A stretch of 64,000 nt of DNA from a virus. Below the pieces are notes generated by a model. It worked only from the letters and a program-made list of their open reading frames with translations, ran no database searches and had not been told where the DNA came from. Below, piece after piece: positions 19,406-29,571 of this stretch. A program made the translations under genes and the position numbers. How positions within the stretch are numbered: the first letter of the stretch is position 1; every line of letters begins with the position of its first letter. The stretch is taken from positions 2,862 to 66,861 of IMG/VR virus record IMGVR_UViG_3300005581_000008; one strand, written 5' to 3'.

Positions 19406-21532
19406 TTACAAATCAGTTCTTGTAAAGTTTGCCTGACCCCAACCATGTTGTGATGGGTTGTTTGAGCCATCCCATCCGTAGTACCAAGCCATAGAACCAG
19501 TAGAAAGAACGAATCTATTATTAGTGGTAATGAGACAGAAACCAGATTCTGCATCTTCACCCACAGCACCAATCATATAAGCAGGTTCATGGAATCTTGG
19601 TTGCATTGGATGATATGCTCCTCTTTGGAAATGTTCCCATGGTAATCTGTTACCACCACGATTATGTTGAGCAGTAGGATCAGCACCTCCGTTTTGACCA
19701 ACACCACGAGACCAAGCAGTTCCATTCGTTCCGTTTGACCATGTTCTTCCGTCTGAGTTTTGGAAAATAACTTTTAAGTTTGCATTTGCCTTAGCTGTAT
19801 GAATATACTTAATATCAGTCATATTACCCATATGAATAGGAACTGGAGTCTGAGTGTTTGGGTTATTGTAGGCATTATCAGAAACACACTCATCATAGTT
19901 TAGATGTTTTCTATATGTTGGAATAGAACCTTGTCCGTTATCACCAATTAGAAACATAGCACCAGTACCCTTTTCTTTGATAACTATACCATGGGTCATG
20001 TTACTTCGATTGATTAGCCAGAACTCTTCACAGTTTCTCATGACATCATTAAGATTACCTATCTCAGACATTTTATTACCAATGCCTTTAGAATTTCTAC
20101 GGTAATTAAATAATTGAGCAGCTGGAGTAAAGACGCCAATATATGTTTGGTTTGTATTGCCCATACCATAAATAGACGCACCACTTGCACCGTAGTAACC
20201 AACATAGTGCAAAGTTCCGTCGTTGGTTAAAACAACTCCATTACCATAGGATCCTTGTCCTTGGAACATAACTTTCTTAATACCACCAAATCTTGCCCAG
20301 TTATATTTAATTCTTTCTGGACGATAAAGATTACCATAGTTACCTTGTCCTAGTTGCCCGTAACCATTATAACCCCAAGAATATAAATCACCATCTTGAG
20401 TTAATGCGTATGAAGATTGGTAATCATATCCAGACATCCACATATCTACAATAGCTTTACCATGAAAATAATTTTGTGGTATTACTGTTGGTGTTGAGTA
20501 GTTAGATGTATTACCGTGTCCTAATTGTCCGTAGCCATTATATCCCCATGTCCACACACGACCTGTATTATCTAATGCATAGCAAGAGTGAGTATCAGTA
20601 TCATTTGAATATACACCCTTTGCAGAGTGACCAGCTTTAATAACAAATACATCTCTTAGTACACCAGTTCCTCTAGCACCAGATCTTCCAACTCTTCGGA
20701 AATATTGTCTGTTAGTAGTAGTTGCATCACCATTTTGTCCATGCCCAGCGTAACCACATTTATATAATTCGCCATTATCAAATAAAGCAAATGTAAAGGC
20801 ATCTGTTCCTGTAAGTTGGATTAATTTTGGAGCACCACCAGTAATTGATGGTCTATATCCATCGATATAATCATAGAAATCAAAACCAGCATTTTTAGTG
20901 TAATTAAATGTACCACTGGCATTCACATTATTAGAAGCCATCCAAGTAGTTCTTTCACCTAGTCCGTGTCCAATATCACCATAATCACGACCCAAGAAAG
21001 ATAACTCATAGTTACCATTAATTGTCATGATATTAATATATCCTGTCTGGTTAGCCATATTATTATCTTCGCACATATTGCGAGTCCAACCCATTGGAGG
21101 ATATAGCGCAAATTGTAGTTGATTTTTCGATCTATCTAGTCTAGAACATTCTGCAATTTTAGTCCACTTAGTTGTAACTGCACCATTCTCATAAATTGGA
21201 TGTCCACCAAAATTATCAGTAACACACTGGAAAAAGTCACCATTGTAACGAACAATGTCGCCAACATAATGTTGATCTTTAAATGCCCAGTCACCTTTAT
21301 AGACAGAACCACTTATTACTAGAGTCCAGTTAGTCGTATCAATTCCTGGTTTTACTTCATGACCAAATAGATTGTTTTCTACATGGTAGTTGCTATTCAT
21401 CACATAGGCTTTACCATTAATACGAACTGTATCATTTATTTTATAAATGGTTCCTTCATCCCAGCTTCCCATCCAATTTTGTTTTAATTGGGTGTAATCT
21501 AAGTCACCCGCTAAAGATCTTGATAGTGGCAT
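19406..21532 (-). CDS. RCC1/BLIP-II repeat beta-propeller protein, putative receptor-binding protein
   Basis: WGYNGYGQLG repeats; N-terminal W-x5-Y-x2-(G/N)D-x-V repeats (CBM5/12-like). Confidence 0.78.
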   Translation of the reverse strand: MPLSRSLAGDLDYTQLKQNWMGSWDEGTIYKINDTVRINGKAYVMNSNYHVENNLFGHEVKPGIDTTNWTLVISGSVYKGDWAFKDQHYVGDIVRYNGDFFQCVTDNFGGHPIYENGAVTTKWTKIAECSRLDRSKNQLQFALYPPMGWTRNMCEDNNMANQTGYINIMTINGNYELSFLGRDYGDIGHGLGERTTWMASNNVNASGTFNYTKNAGFDFYDYIDGYRPSITGGAPKLIQLTGTDAFTFALFDNGELYKCGYAGHGQNGDATTTNRQYFRRVGRSGARGTGVLRDVFVIKAGHSAKGVYSNDTDTHSCYALDNTGRVWTWGYNGYGQLGHGNTSNYSTPTVIPQNYFHGKAIVDMWMSGYDYQSSYALTQDGDLYSWGYNGYGQLGQGNYGNLYRPERIKYNWARFGGIKKVMFQGQGSYGNGVVLTNDGTLHYVGYYGASGASIYGMGNTNQTYIGVFTPAAQLFNYRRNSKGIGNKMSEIGNLNDVMRNCEEFWLINRSNMTHGIVIKEKGTGAMFLIGDNGQGSIPTYRKHLNYDECVSDNAYNNPNTQTPVPIHMGNMTDIKYIHTAKANANLKVIFQNSDGRTWSNGTNGTAWSRGVGQNGGADPTAQHNRGGNRLPWEHFQRGAYHPMQPRFHEPAYMIGAVGEDAESGFCLITTNNRFVLSTGSMAWYYGWDGSNNPSQHGWGQANFTRTDL

Positions 21533-21559
21533 TTAATTTACCTTTTTCCTATTATGCTA

Positions 21560-22198
21560 TTATGCTTGTTCTTCTGTAAATACTTTTCCTGCTGAGGCTG
21601 TAGCTAGTCTCACAGCTTCTTCTGCAAATGCTTTAGCCATAGCTTCTAAATCTACTTCTGGTTCACTTTCAGAAGATTTTATTCTTTCTAACCTAGCTGC
21701 CATTCTTGCTTCTTCTTCATCCGCATTCTTTTGAGCCTGTTCTAATACAACCTCAGGAATATTATACAAAGAAATTAAATCTTTTTTATGAACAGCAACA
21801 TCATATGCAGGTAAACCCAATTTGTTTAGATACTCTGGATCTTCCTTGTATTTATTTGCAATAGAACCATTGTATAACAATACAGTTTTTGTAAAGTTGC
21901 CATCTAGTTTTGTTTCAATATTAAAGTCATTATCATCAGTAGGTGTCAACATTTCTTCTGTCATGTCTTTATGAACAGAATCATATCTTTTGTTACCAAT
22001 AGTAATTAAGTAAATATTTTCCGCATCCCATTCAGTTGGGTAACGAGGATCTCGGTCACCCTTAAATTGCGTAACACCATTAATTTCTGTATCTTCTTCA
22101 AGAATTTTATGAAGATCAAATCCTAAAGAAGGAAATGCTGTAGTAGTGTCATCTGTTTGCGATACTATTTTTCTAGTAGTTATCTTGCTCGTTGCCAT
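21560..22198 (-). CDS. Hypothetical acidic protein
   Basis: 212-aa ORF, co-oriented, short gaps to both neighbours, GGA Shine-Dalgarno-like; no motif recognised. Confidence 0.6.
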   Translation of the reverse strand: MATSKITTRKIVSQTDDTTTAFPSLGFDLHKILEEDTEINGVTQFKGDRDPRYPTEWDAENIYLITIGNKRYDSVHKDMTEEMLTPTDDNDFNIETKLDGNFTKTVLLYNGSIANKYKEDPEYLNKLGLPAYDVAVHKKDLISLYNIPEVVLEQAQKNADEEEARMAARLERIKSSESEPEVDLEAMAKAFAEEAVRLATASAGKVFTEEQA

Positions 22199-22207
22199 TT
22201 TTATCCC

Positions 22208-24778
22208 TTAAACAAAATTAGGTACTGGATGTGGAGTATTCTGAGGCTCACCTTGACCATTGATACTGTAATTATAGTCTCTGCCGCACAATAGAATTTC
22301 TCCTCGTTCTGTCAACCAGAAGTTGGAAGTTACATGTCCAGCAGGACCATCATAATCACCATAACCCCAAATATCAACAACACGATTTCCTGGTTCATAG
22401 TAGTTACTAGCCATAAAACAACGAGCCCATCCAGCATTAGTGCTGCTGGTTCCATTCTGTTGATGATATGTGTAGTTATTACCTACCACATTCTGATGAC
22501 CAACACCAGCTTCTCCATACTGATTCCATCCAGAACCATATGTGATACCATCTTTATCTAAACATACTTGGGTATTAGCACCAGAGCGACCACTACCTGA
22601 CATACAAACAATATCAGTCATCGCTCCCTTTGGTCCAAACATCTGTGCTGGTGTTAATCTGCTCGAAGTAGACGCAGATCCAAAGTTGTAATTACCAGCA
22701 TTACCGCATCCCCATAGTTGTAAACTTGTATCTAAGAAGAATGATAACTGGCAACCACCTGTTGTTGCCCAAATATTCTTAATACCACCACCAATAGACC
22801 AACCAGCAGTAGAAGAAGTTCTTCTTAGCGTACCAGTAGAATTACTATCACTAGTAGTGTTATTAGTTCCTAGTTGCCCAACATCATTATATCCTTGTGT
22901 CCATACATGACCTTGTCCATCAAGAACCATGAGCCACTCAGCATTTTCCGCAGAAGGAGTCATAACCTTTTGGATACCACCGTATGTAGACCATGTAACA
23001 GGCACTTTATATGGTGCAGCAGATTGACTTGCGCTTGCAAAAGATGCAGTTGAATATCCTAGTTGTCCGTAGTTATTTCTACCCCAACCCCATAGGTTTC
23101 CTGCTTCATCTAGCACATGAATAGAGTTTTCCTGAGTAAACACATCAACAATTCTATTATTTTCAAAGAAAATTTCTTTCGGTAAACACATTGGTGTTCG
23201 GACATTATCTGTTCTATTAGCTATACGATAACCAGTGGAAAGATGGTTTTCTGGACCAATACCGCACTGTCCGTAACCATTGTAACCCCATGTCCACAAC
23301 TCACCAAATTCATCTAGTGCAGCGTACCAAACACTGGAGTTTCTAGAATTTGAATTACCACCTGCTAGTTTAACGATGGCACGATTACCAAATCTTGACT
23401 TGTCCAACTGAATATATGCAGATGAATAATCTGCATCTTCACCAGTACCCAAAGAAGAACCGCTAGAAGTACCACCAACAATAACAGTACCATTGGATGT
23501 TAGCGAAGCATTAGTTGTCCACTGCGCATTGTTTTGCATTAGTCGTGGTGCTTGACTCTTTCTAAAGTTTTCAGCAAAAGATTTATTACCAAAGTGCGGG
23601 TTTGCATCTGTATAGTAATCATTAAAATACTGAGCAGCTTCTTCACCAGCACTTAGACGGTAACTATCTAACTGTCCTGGACCACCCTGACCATAGTAGA
23701 TATGTCCCTTACCAATTCTGTGTCCACGACCATCAGCACCAACAGAAAGAGATCCACGATACTTCATCTGCGCTGGCATATGTGGTGTATTCCATGCCCA
23801 TGCCCATGCAGCCAATGAGTTCGTTGCTGGGTCTTTATGAGATGCAGGAATGTTCCAAGGAATACCAGAATATGTACAAGCTACTGTACCAGTACCTGTA
23901 CCTGTGGCAGTTGCTACGAATTCAGTTCCAACAGTATTATATGCTGCACCGAAACTAGTAAAGGTGCTTGTACCAACAGTTACAATAGTGTAAGTAGTAC
24001 CTGCAATCATTGCAGTCGCACCTATTGTAGTTGCGTTTGAGAAGGTTGGTTTCTTAACATACGGATGTCCTGCCCAATTAAATGGATTTTTATTGACACC
24101 GCATACGATTCTTTCGTGAGGTAAAGCATCGTGACCAATAAGGAATGGTTCCCAGACACCAACATAATCAAAAAGTGGATCCACATTAGTATGACCATTA
24201 GTACAGAAATAAGAATTACCATTTCTTACAACTATCTGACCATCTGTATAATTAGCAGTTCTTGACCACTCACCAGAATATGTCATACCTTCACTTAACA
24301 AATCCCAATCGGTTTTGTTTAGAGCGACTTCATAGGTATTGGCCATTCTTCTTGGACCAATAGCAACCACTCCACTAATAGATCCAGTAGTAAGAGTATT
24401 TCGTTTGCTAACTTGAATAGTTGATTGTGTTGTTGATATATTAGTGATAGAAATAATTCTACAATCTGGTTCTAAGAAACTAGCATATGCAAATAAATCA
24501 GCATTTGCAACGATTCTAGAATCTGCAATATTTGGTAAAGTAGTATCCCATGTTACAGTGAAAGTATCAGTACCAAATGTCATTCCACTAATGTTTCCTG
24601 TCATTGGGAATCCACTTAATGGACCAAATAATAAAGATGTATAAGATTTGGAAGTTTCATTCTTATAGATGTAAGATTGTCCGTTATACTGAACAACATC
24701 ACCTTGTGTATATGTAGCAGTAGAACTCCAGGCTCCTCTGTTTACAAATTTAATCTTACCTAATGTTAATGTAGTCAT
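22208..24778 (-). CDS. RCC1/BLIP-II repeat beta-propeller protein
   Basis: WGYNGYGQCG, WGRNNYGQLG, QGYNDVGQLG; N-terminal RGAWSSTATYTQGDVV. Confidence 0.78.
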   Translation of the reverse strand: MTTLTLGKIKFVNRGAWSSTATYTQGDVVQYNGQSYIYKNETSKSYTSLLFGPLSGFPMTGNISGMTFGTDTFTVTWDTTLPNIADSRIVANADLFAYASFLEPDCRIISITNISTTQSTIQVSKRNTLTTGSISGVVAIGPRRMANTYEVALNKTDWDLLSEGMTYSGEWSRTANYTDGQIVVRNGNSYFCTNGHTNVDPLFDYVGVWEPFLIGHDALPHERIVCGVNKNPFNWAGHPYVKKPTFSNATTIGATAMIAGTTYTIVTVGTSTFTSFGAAYNTVGTEFVATATGTGTGTVACTYSGIPWNIPASHKDPATNSLAAWAWAWNTPHMPAQMKYRGSLSVGADGRGHRIGKGHIYYGQGGPGQLDSYRLSAGEEAAQYFNDYYTDANPHFGNKSFAENFRKSQAPRLMQNNAQWTTNASLTSNGTVIVGGTSSGSSLGTGEDADYSSAYIQLDKSRFGNRAIVKLAGGNSNSRNSSVWYAALDEFGELWTWGYNGYGQCGIGPENHLSTGYRIANRTDNVRTPMCLPKEIFFENNRIVDVFTQENSIHVLDEAGNLWGWGRNNYGQLGYSTASFASASQSAAPYKVPVTWSTYGGIQKVMTPSAENAEWLMVLDGQGHVWTQGYNDVGQLGTNNTTSDSNSTGTLRRTSSTAGWSIGGGIKNIWATTGGCQLSFFLDTSLQLWGCGNAGNYNFGSASTSSRLTPAQMFGPKGAMTDIVCMSGSGRSGANTQVCLDKDGITYGSGWNQYGEAGVGHQNVVGNNYTYHQQNGTSSTNAGWARCFMASNYYEPGNRVVDIWGYGDYDGPAGHVTSNFWLTERGEILLCGRDYNYSINGQGEPQNTPHPVPNFV

Positions 24779-24797
24779 TTGTTATTTTCCCTTAATC

Positions 24798-26915
24798 TTA
24801 TTGGTTCTTTAGTTTAGTCATGACATTCCAATAAGAACCTCTATAGTGCGTTCCACTAATAGTATAGTCATTTGAGTATCCAGTATTATAGCATCGACCT
24901 GTAGTTAAATCTACATAGAAACCGAACTTATTACTTGAGTGGCCAGTTGGGTAGTATTTCCAGTAAGAACGATATGTACTAATCTGAGCATGTGGATACA
25001 ATAGATTATTCTTTAGTCGATAGTTTGCAGAAATATTATCTGGATCTCTGTCTTGTCTCTCATTGTATGTATCTGTATTTCCAGAAGCCCAAGCACCACC
25101 ATTGTTTGAATACCCGCAGAAATACCAATCACCATCACTTCTCTTAACTGACATATTAGTATACGAAGAAGCACCACAATTTGATGCCATATCAACCACA
25201 TTGGTTAAAGCAGTTCCACTTCTAAATTGAGTAGCTTGTAAAGTTGAGTAGTTTGTAGTAGATGCTTGTGCCACGGATAGTTGATAGTAACCATTATACC
25301 CACAAGTATATGCAGTATTGGATGAATCTGATGATCCTCTTGTGACCATCATAGATCCGTATTGACCACCGTAGTGCCAAGCATTCCACACATCTGTTAA
25401 CTTTGTTCCACTCGGAGAAGTATTTTGTGGGGCTGCTGTCGTCACGGCAGCTGTAACACCATTATACCCTCCAGTATAAACTTCTAGAGGTAGACACACA
25501 TTATAAGTGTGGTTATGTGCAAGTTGTCCATAACCATTATAACCCCAAGTCCAAAGAGTATTATCTCTTCTAATAACTAACAGTGATACAGTAGAACCAG
25601 ATGAATTTCCACCACTAGTATTAAATTTCTTAATACCAGTTGTAGAAGTTGTACCCCATGTTTTAACAAATGTTGGTGAAGAACGATTTGTAGTATCACC
25701 AACACCTAATTGTCCGTTACCATTGTATCCTATTGCATACATCTTTCCTTGATCAGTCAAGAACCAGAAAGATCCATAGTTACCACCAGTTGCCCAGATC
25801 TCAATAATTTTACCATTGGTTGTTTGGTCAAAAGAAACTAAAGTTGGTTGGTAGTAATCTGTTGCATTACCTTGTCCCAATTGTCCATAACCATTATAAC
25901 CCCACGCATATAATTCACGAGTATCATCTGAGTTACGAATTAAAGCGTAGCAAGATCTTGTAGAAATATTACCGTCAGAAGAAGAAGCAATACGAATGGC
26001 TTTCTTAGTGCGAAGAATTGTTGTTGGACTAGTTTTATTAATACCAGCGTATCCACACTGTGTAAAATTGGTATACTGTGTAGTTTGGCCATGTCCACAA
26101 GCACCTTGAACATTATATCCTGCAGAGTGTACTTCGCCATTGTCAAATAGTACTAGAGTACCATCAAATCCGCCATCGCTTTCAATTTGAATAAGTTTTG
26201 GTGCTGCTGTGGTTGGAGAAGTTGGAAGAGAACCATCAAACCAACTCAAATGAGAGAACGATGCTTCTCCTGGAGTTTGTTGTGTTCCTGACGCTACACC
26301 AGTACCTAAATTGTAGCTAGAGTTTCTACCATAAGACATTAAACCGTATCTTCTATTAACATACTGTACTGCACCATTACCTGCTAGATTAGATCCAGGA
26401 GTTTTAAACTCACCGAAACTATCGCCCATACCAACATAACTAGTTCCAGGTACTGCAAGCGCATAAGCATCCCAAACAGTTTTATGTGTTGGTGAATAAC
26501 CTTCGTTTGGACCGAACAAATAAGCAAATTTATCTCTCATAGTCCCAGTGGAAATCTTTTTCCAATATGCAGTTTGAGTTGATGGATTCTGATTTGTACC
26601 TGTTTGAATACAGATATATGAATCTTGTTCTAGATAATTGTGGTGATCATTATAAGGTAGTGTTCTTTTATAAGTTATAATATCACCCACAGCATAAGCA
26701 GTAGCATTTGACCACTCACCAGCTTGATACACACCACCACCCATTAAATCCCAATTCGCAGTGTTTAATTCTGGAGTGGTTGAAGATGAATTGGCTACTT
26801 CACAAGCATAGTATTTGTTTTTGTAAAGAACGATGTCATCTACCAAGTATGATGTGGCTGCAACCCAAGAACCTCTTGGATTAAATCTTAGTTTACTCAA
26901 TGTTGATATTGTCAT
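24798..26915 (-). CDS. RCC1/BLIP-II repeat beta-propeller protein
   Basis: Multiple GYNGYGQL repeats; N-terminal RGSWVAATSYLVDDIV and GEWSNATAYAVGDII. Confidence 0.78.
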   Translation of the reverse strand: MTISTLSKLRFNPRGSWVAATSYLVDDIVLYKNKYYACEVANSSSTTPELNTANWDLMGGGVYQAGEWSNATAYAVGDIITYKRTLPYNDHHNYLEQDSYICIQTGTNQNPSTQTAYWKKISTGTMRDKFAYLFGPNEGYSPTHKTVWDAYALAVPGTSYVGMGDSFGEFKTPGSNLAGNGAVQYVNRRYGLMSYGRNSSYNLGTGVASGTQQTPGEASFSHLSWFDGSLPTSPTTAAPKLIQIESDGGFDGTLVLFDNGEVHSAGYNVQGACGHGQTTQYTNFTQCGYAGINKTSPTTILRTKKAIRIASSSDGNISTRSCYALIRNSDDTRELYAWGYNGYGQLGQGNATDYYQPTLVSFDQTTNGKIIEIWATGGNYGSFWFLTDQGKMYAIGYNGNGQLGVGDTTNRSSPTFVKTWGTTSTTGIKKFNTSGGNSSGSTVSLLVIRRDNTLWTWGYNGYGQLAHNHTYNVCLPLEVYTGGYNGVTAAVTTAAPQNTSPSGTKLTDVWNAWHYGGQYGSMMVTRGSSDSSNTAYTCGYNGYYQLSVAQASTTNYSTLQATQFRSGTALTNVVDMASNCGASSYTNMSVKRSDGDWYFCGYSNNGGAWASGNTDTYNERQDRDPDNISANYRLKNNLLYPHAQISTYRSYWKYYPTGHSSNKFGFYVDLTTGRCYNTGYSNDYTISGTHYRGSYWNVMTKLKNQ

Positions 26916-26925
26916 TTCCTATACC

Positions 26926-27255
26926 TTAATATGTAGCAGTTAACTGGCCAGAAGAGTTAATGGCTAGTGTTAATTTATTAGAGAAGAACGCAGTCAGCGC
27001 ATTTTCAATATTAGATACAGATGTGCTTGCTTCAGTCCCTAATATTTGATTGTGTATAAGATTACCACTACTGTCTACTGAAAGAACATTGTATCCAGAA
27101 ACTGAAACTGGAACCCAAGCAGTTCCATCCCAAATTTCTACACTGGACAGATCTGTGTTGTATCTGGTCATCCCCTGTACAGGACTTGCTGGACGCTGAG
27201 CAGTAGTACCAACACCTATGGTAACATACTGGTCGCCTAAGACTGTTGCTGGCAT
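26926..27255 (-). CDS. Small fibre-associated protein
   Basis: VGTTAQRPASPVQGMTRYNT...EIWDGTAW, a motif shared with the 835-aa fibre. Confidence 0.65.
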   Translation of the reverse strand: MPATVLGDQYVTIGVGTTAQRPASPVQGMTRYNTDLSSVEIWDGTAWVPVSVSGYNVLSVDSSGNLIHNQILGTEASTSVSNIENALTAFFSNKLTLAINSSGQLTATY

Positions 27256-28133
27256 TATTTAACTCCTTTTAATTCTTGTATCTCTTTATTTAGCTCTTTT
27301 ATCGCTTCTATTAAAAGAGGGACTAGTTTTTCGTACTGCACTGTTTTGTAATTTTCGCCTGAACGAGAAATCTCTGAACTTTCAAATAACATGATATCAA
27401 ATGGTGCAGGTTTAACAACTTCAGGGAGAACTTTTTCTACTTCACCAGCTAAAACACCGACTTGGCTTTCTTTACTAGTATAGCCAAAAGATTCTGCCAA
27501 CTGGTTTGCCGTATAAGTAACACCTCGCAAAGAACATACTTTTTCTAATGCATTTTCAATAACTTGAATATTTTCTTTTAATCGTTCGTCTGAGTAGTTA
27601 GAGCTAATATTACCAGCTGCACGAATCTCGCCACTAGTGGCAGAAGCTGCAAGCCCAACTCCTAGAGATTTAACTTGAGTGACAGAATCAGAAGCTGTTA
27701 GTGAAGTTCCATTATAGGTTAAAGCTGCAGTGGCTGAACCAAGAGCAATAGTAGTTGCAGCACCGCCAATATTAAGAGTGGTTGCCGTGGCATTAACTAG
27801 ATTAAATGTGGTCGCAGTAGTAGTAATATCACCACCATTAACTGCCAAGTCTGCAGTTATCGTGGTATTACCAGTTACGGCTAGTGTACTAGAAAGAGTG
27901 GTTGCACCAGAAGCATCTAGGGTTCCAGTAATACCGATTGAACCAGAAAGAAACCCTCCAGAACCATCTCTACGAACTACAGCATTAGCAGTATTTGTGC
28001 TAACGGCATCGGTAGTTTCTACTTTAAAGCTGTTCAGGTTTAAGAAATTGTTATCAATTTCTGAGTTTGACAATGGAAGATTCTTGACAGTTGCTCCACT
28101 GCCAGCAGTACTTCTAGTTGTTATTGAAGCCAT
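27255..28133 (-). CDS. Short fibre protein with C-terminal S74 chaperone
   Basis: YSDERLKENI...GVLAGEVEKVLPE...YEKLVPLLIEAIKEL. Confidence 0.82.
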   Translation of the reverse strand: MASITTRSTAGSGATVKNLPLSNSEIDNNFLNLNSFKVETTDAVSTNTANAVVRRDGSGGFLSGSIGITGTLDASGATTLSSTLAVTGNTTITADLAVNGGDITTTATTFNLVNATATTLNIGGAATTIALGSATAALTYNGTSLTASDSVTQVKSLGVGLAASATSGEIRAAGNISSNYSDERLKENIQVIENALEKVCSLRGVTYTANQLAESFGYTSKESQVGVLAGEVEKVLPEVVKPAPFDIMLFESSEISRSGENYKTVQYEKLVPLLIEAIKELNKEIQELKGVK

Positions 28134-28162
28134 TTTATTGGTGTTCCTATGGGTTTACAATA

Positions 28163-28176
28163 TATTTATTATTTAG
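28163..28176 (-). promoter_or_regulatory. Tandem late promoters (CTAAATA + ATAAATA)
   Basis: Minus strand reads CTAAATAATAAATA in the gap directly downstream of the radical SAM cassette. Confidence 0.6.
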
Positions 28177-28199
28177 GAGTTCTAATAAGGATGCAATTC

Positions 28200-28865
28200 T
28201 TATGCAATTTCCATATAAGAACCATCGTAATTATTTATAGAAAACTCCAAAATGTTTCGGATATTTGGGTTTCTGGAGTCTACATAAAACCTAACCATAA
28301 TCATGGGAGAATCTCCATAATTAAACGCATTATGATAGTGATAGCTATTAAAACAATATCCTCTCCCCACAGGGTAGGATTCCTCATAAACTGGGATCGG
28401 TTTATTAAAATCTGAACATCTATAATCCATATAGTGTAGCACACTAAATTTTGAATTCTCGGGCATCTGAATAGGTAACTGCCAAACAGAAATCCATTCT
28501 GGTTGTTTAGATTCTAATACATGACTATGCCAGCCTGCAGAACCATTTGGATTTATTCTTTCTATTCTAGCCAGTAAATTACCAGCACCTAAAGATAGTA
28601 GAAGTTCTCGGAGATAAGGACATTTCTTTATAGCATCAGTTTCTTTAAACTCTCCAGTCCATGCTTCTTTGGGATCAGATTTGCAATCTCCGTTAATGCT
28701 ATACAAAGCGATAGAATCCCAAGAAGATTCTATGTAACATCCAGCTTTGATATCTTCCCAACTATTATAGGGATAAAACTCTAAACCTTGTATCTCTGAT
28801 AAAATCTTAGATGCATCAAACTCAATAGGTAAAGGAAGATGTGCAATTTGACTTAGGTTATTCAA
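28200..28865 (-). CDS. Cupin-fold oxygenase (Asp/Asn beta-hydroxylase-like), TTG start
   Basis: ARIERINPNGSAGWHSH...QLPI...FNSYHYHNAFN; paralogue of 28858-29571. Confidence 0.65.
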   Translation of the reverse strand: MNNLSQIAHLPLPIEFDASKILSEIQGLEFYPYNSWEDIKAGCYIESSWDSIALYSINGDCKSDPKEAWTGEFKETDAIKKCPYLRELLLSLGAGNLLARIERINPNGSAGWHSHVLESKQPEWISVWQLPIQMPENSKFSVLHYMDYRCSDFNKPIPVYEESYPVGRGYCFNSYHYHNAFNYGDSPMIMVRFYVDSRNPNIRNILEFSINNYDGSYMEIA

Positions 28866-29571
28866 TGTAATCTCCAGTATAAGAATTCACTGCATCTTTA
28901 ACTAAATCATAAACTAAGTCATCTCTAAGGTCTGCAAAGAAACGAATTGTTAGCCTCACACCTTCTTCATCAAAATTAAATACATTGTGATAGTGGAATG
29001 CATTAAACACAACTGGAGTTGACGGTATATAACTAGCTTCGTATACCTTTGGAAGTTCCTTGCCAAAATCAACCATTCTGTATTGTTTGTTTGATATTAC
29101 AGAGTATTTAAACTTATCTGGCATCGTAATTGGTAACTGAATAATCATCATCGTCTCTGGATGATATAATTCAAAAGCATGATTATGCCAACCCATTACA
29201 GTTCCAGGATGAATCTCCTCAATCCTTGCCAACGCTTTACCACCACCCAACTGTTCAACAATTTCGTAGGTATACGGCAGATATTCAGACAAACCAGTTT
29301 TCTGAAACTGCCCCCAAATTCTTTCTAACTCTCCTGGACCAGCACCCTCTAATCTATCGCAAAATATTTCACCATTATAACTGAACAATGATAAATTGTT
29401 CCACTTACTTTTACTGTGTCCATGATTCTCTTGCATAGTAGCTGAGTATGGCATTAGCGGAAATGGACACTCACGAATCTCGTGCTCAATCCTTTCTGCA
29501 TCGTATTTAAAATTTAACGGCAGATGAGGAATTCTATTTACTTGTTCAACTAATTGCGCTATGTTTCTCAT
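28858..29571 (-). CDS. Cupin-fold oxygenase (Asp/Asn beta-hydroxylase-like)
   Basis: ARIEEIHPGTVMGWHNH...QLPI...FNAFHYHNVFN...RLTIRF. Confidence 0.65.
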   Translation of the reverse strand: MRNIAQLVEQVNRIPHLPLNFKYDAERIEHEIRECPFPLMPYSATMQENHGHSKSKWNNLSLFSYNGEIFCDRLEGAGPGELERIWGQFQKTGLSEYLPYTYEIVEQLGGGKALARIEEIHPGTVMGWHNHAFELYHPETMMIIQLPITMPDKFKYSVISNKQYRMVDFGKELPKVYEASYIPSTPVVFNAFHYHNVFNFDEEGVRLTIRFFADLRDDLVYDLVKDAVNSYTGDYIE

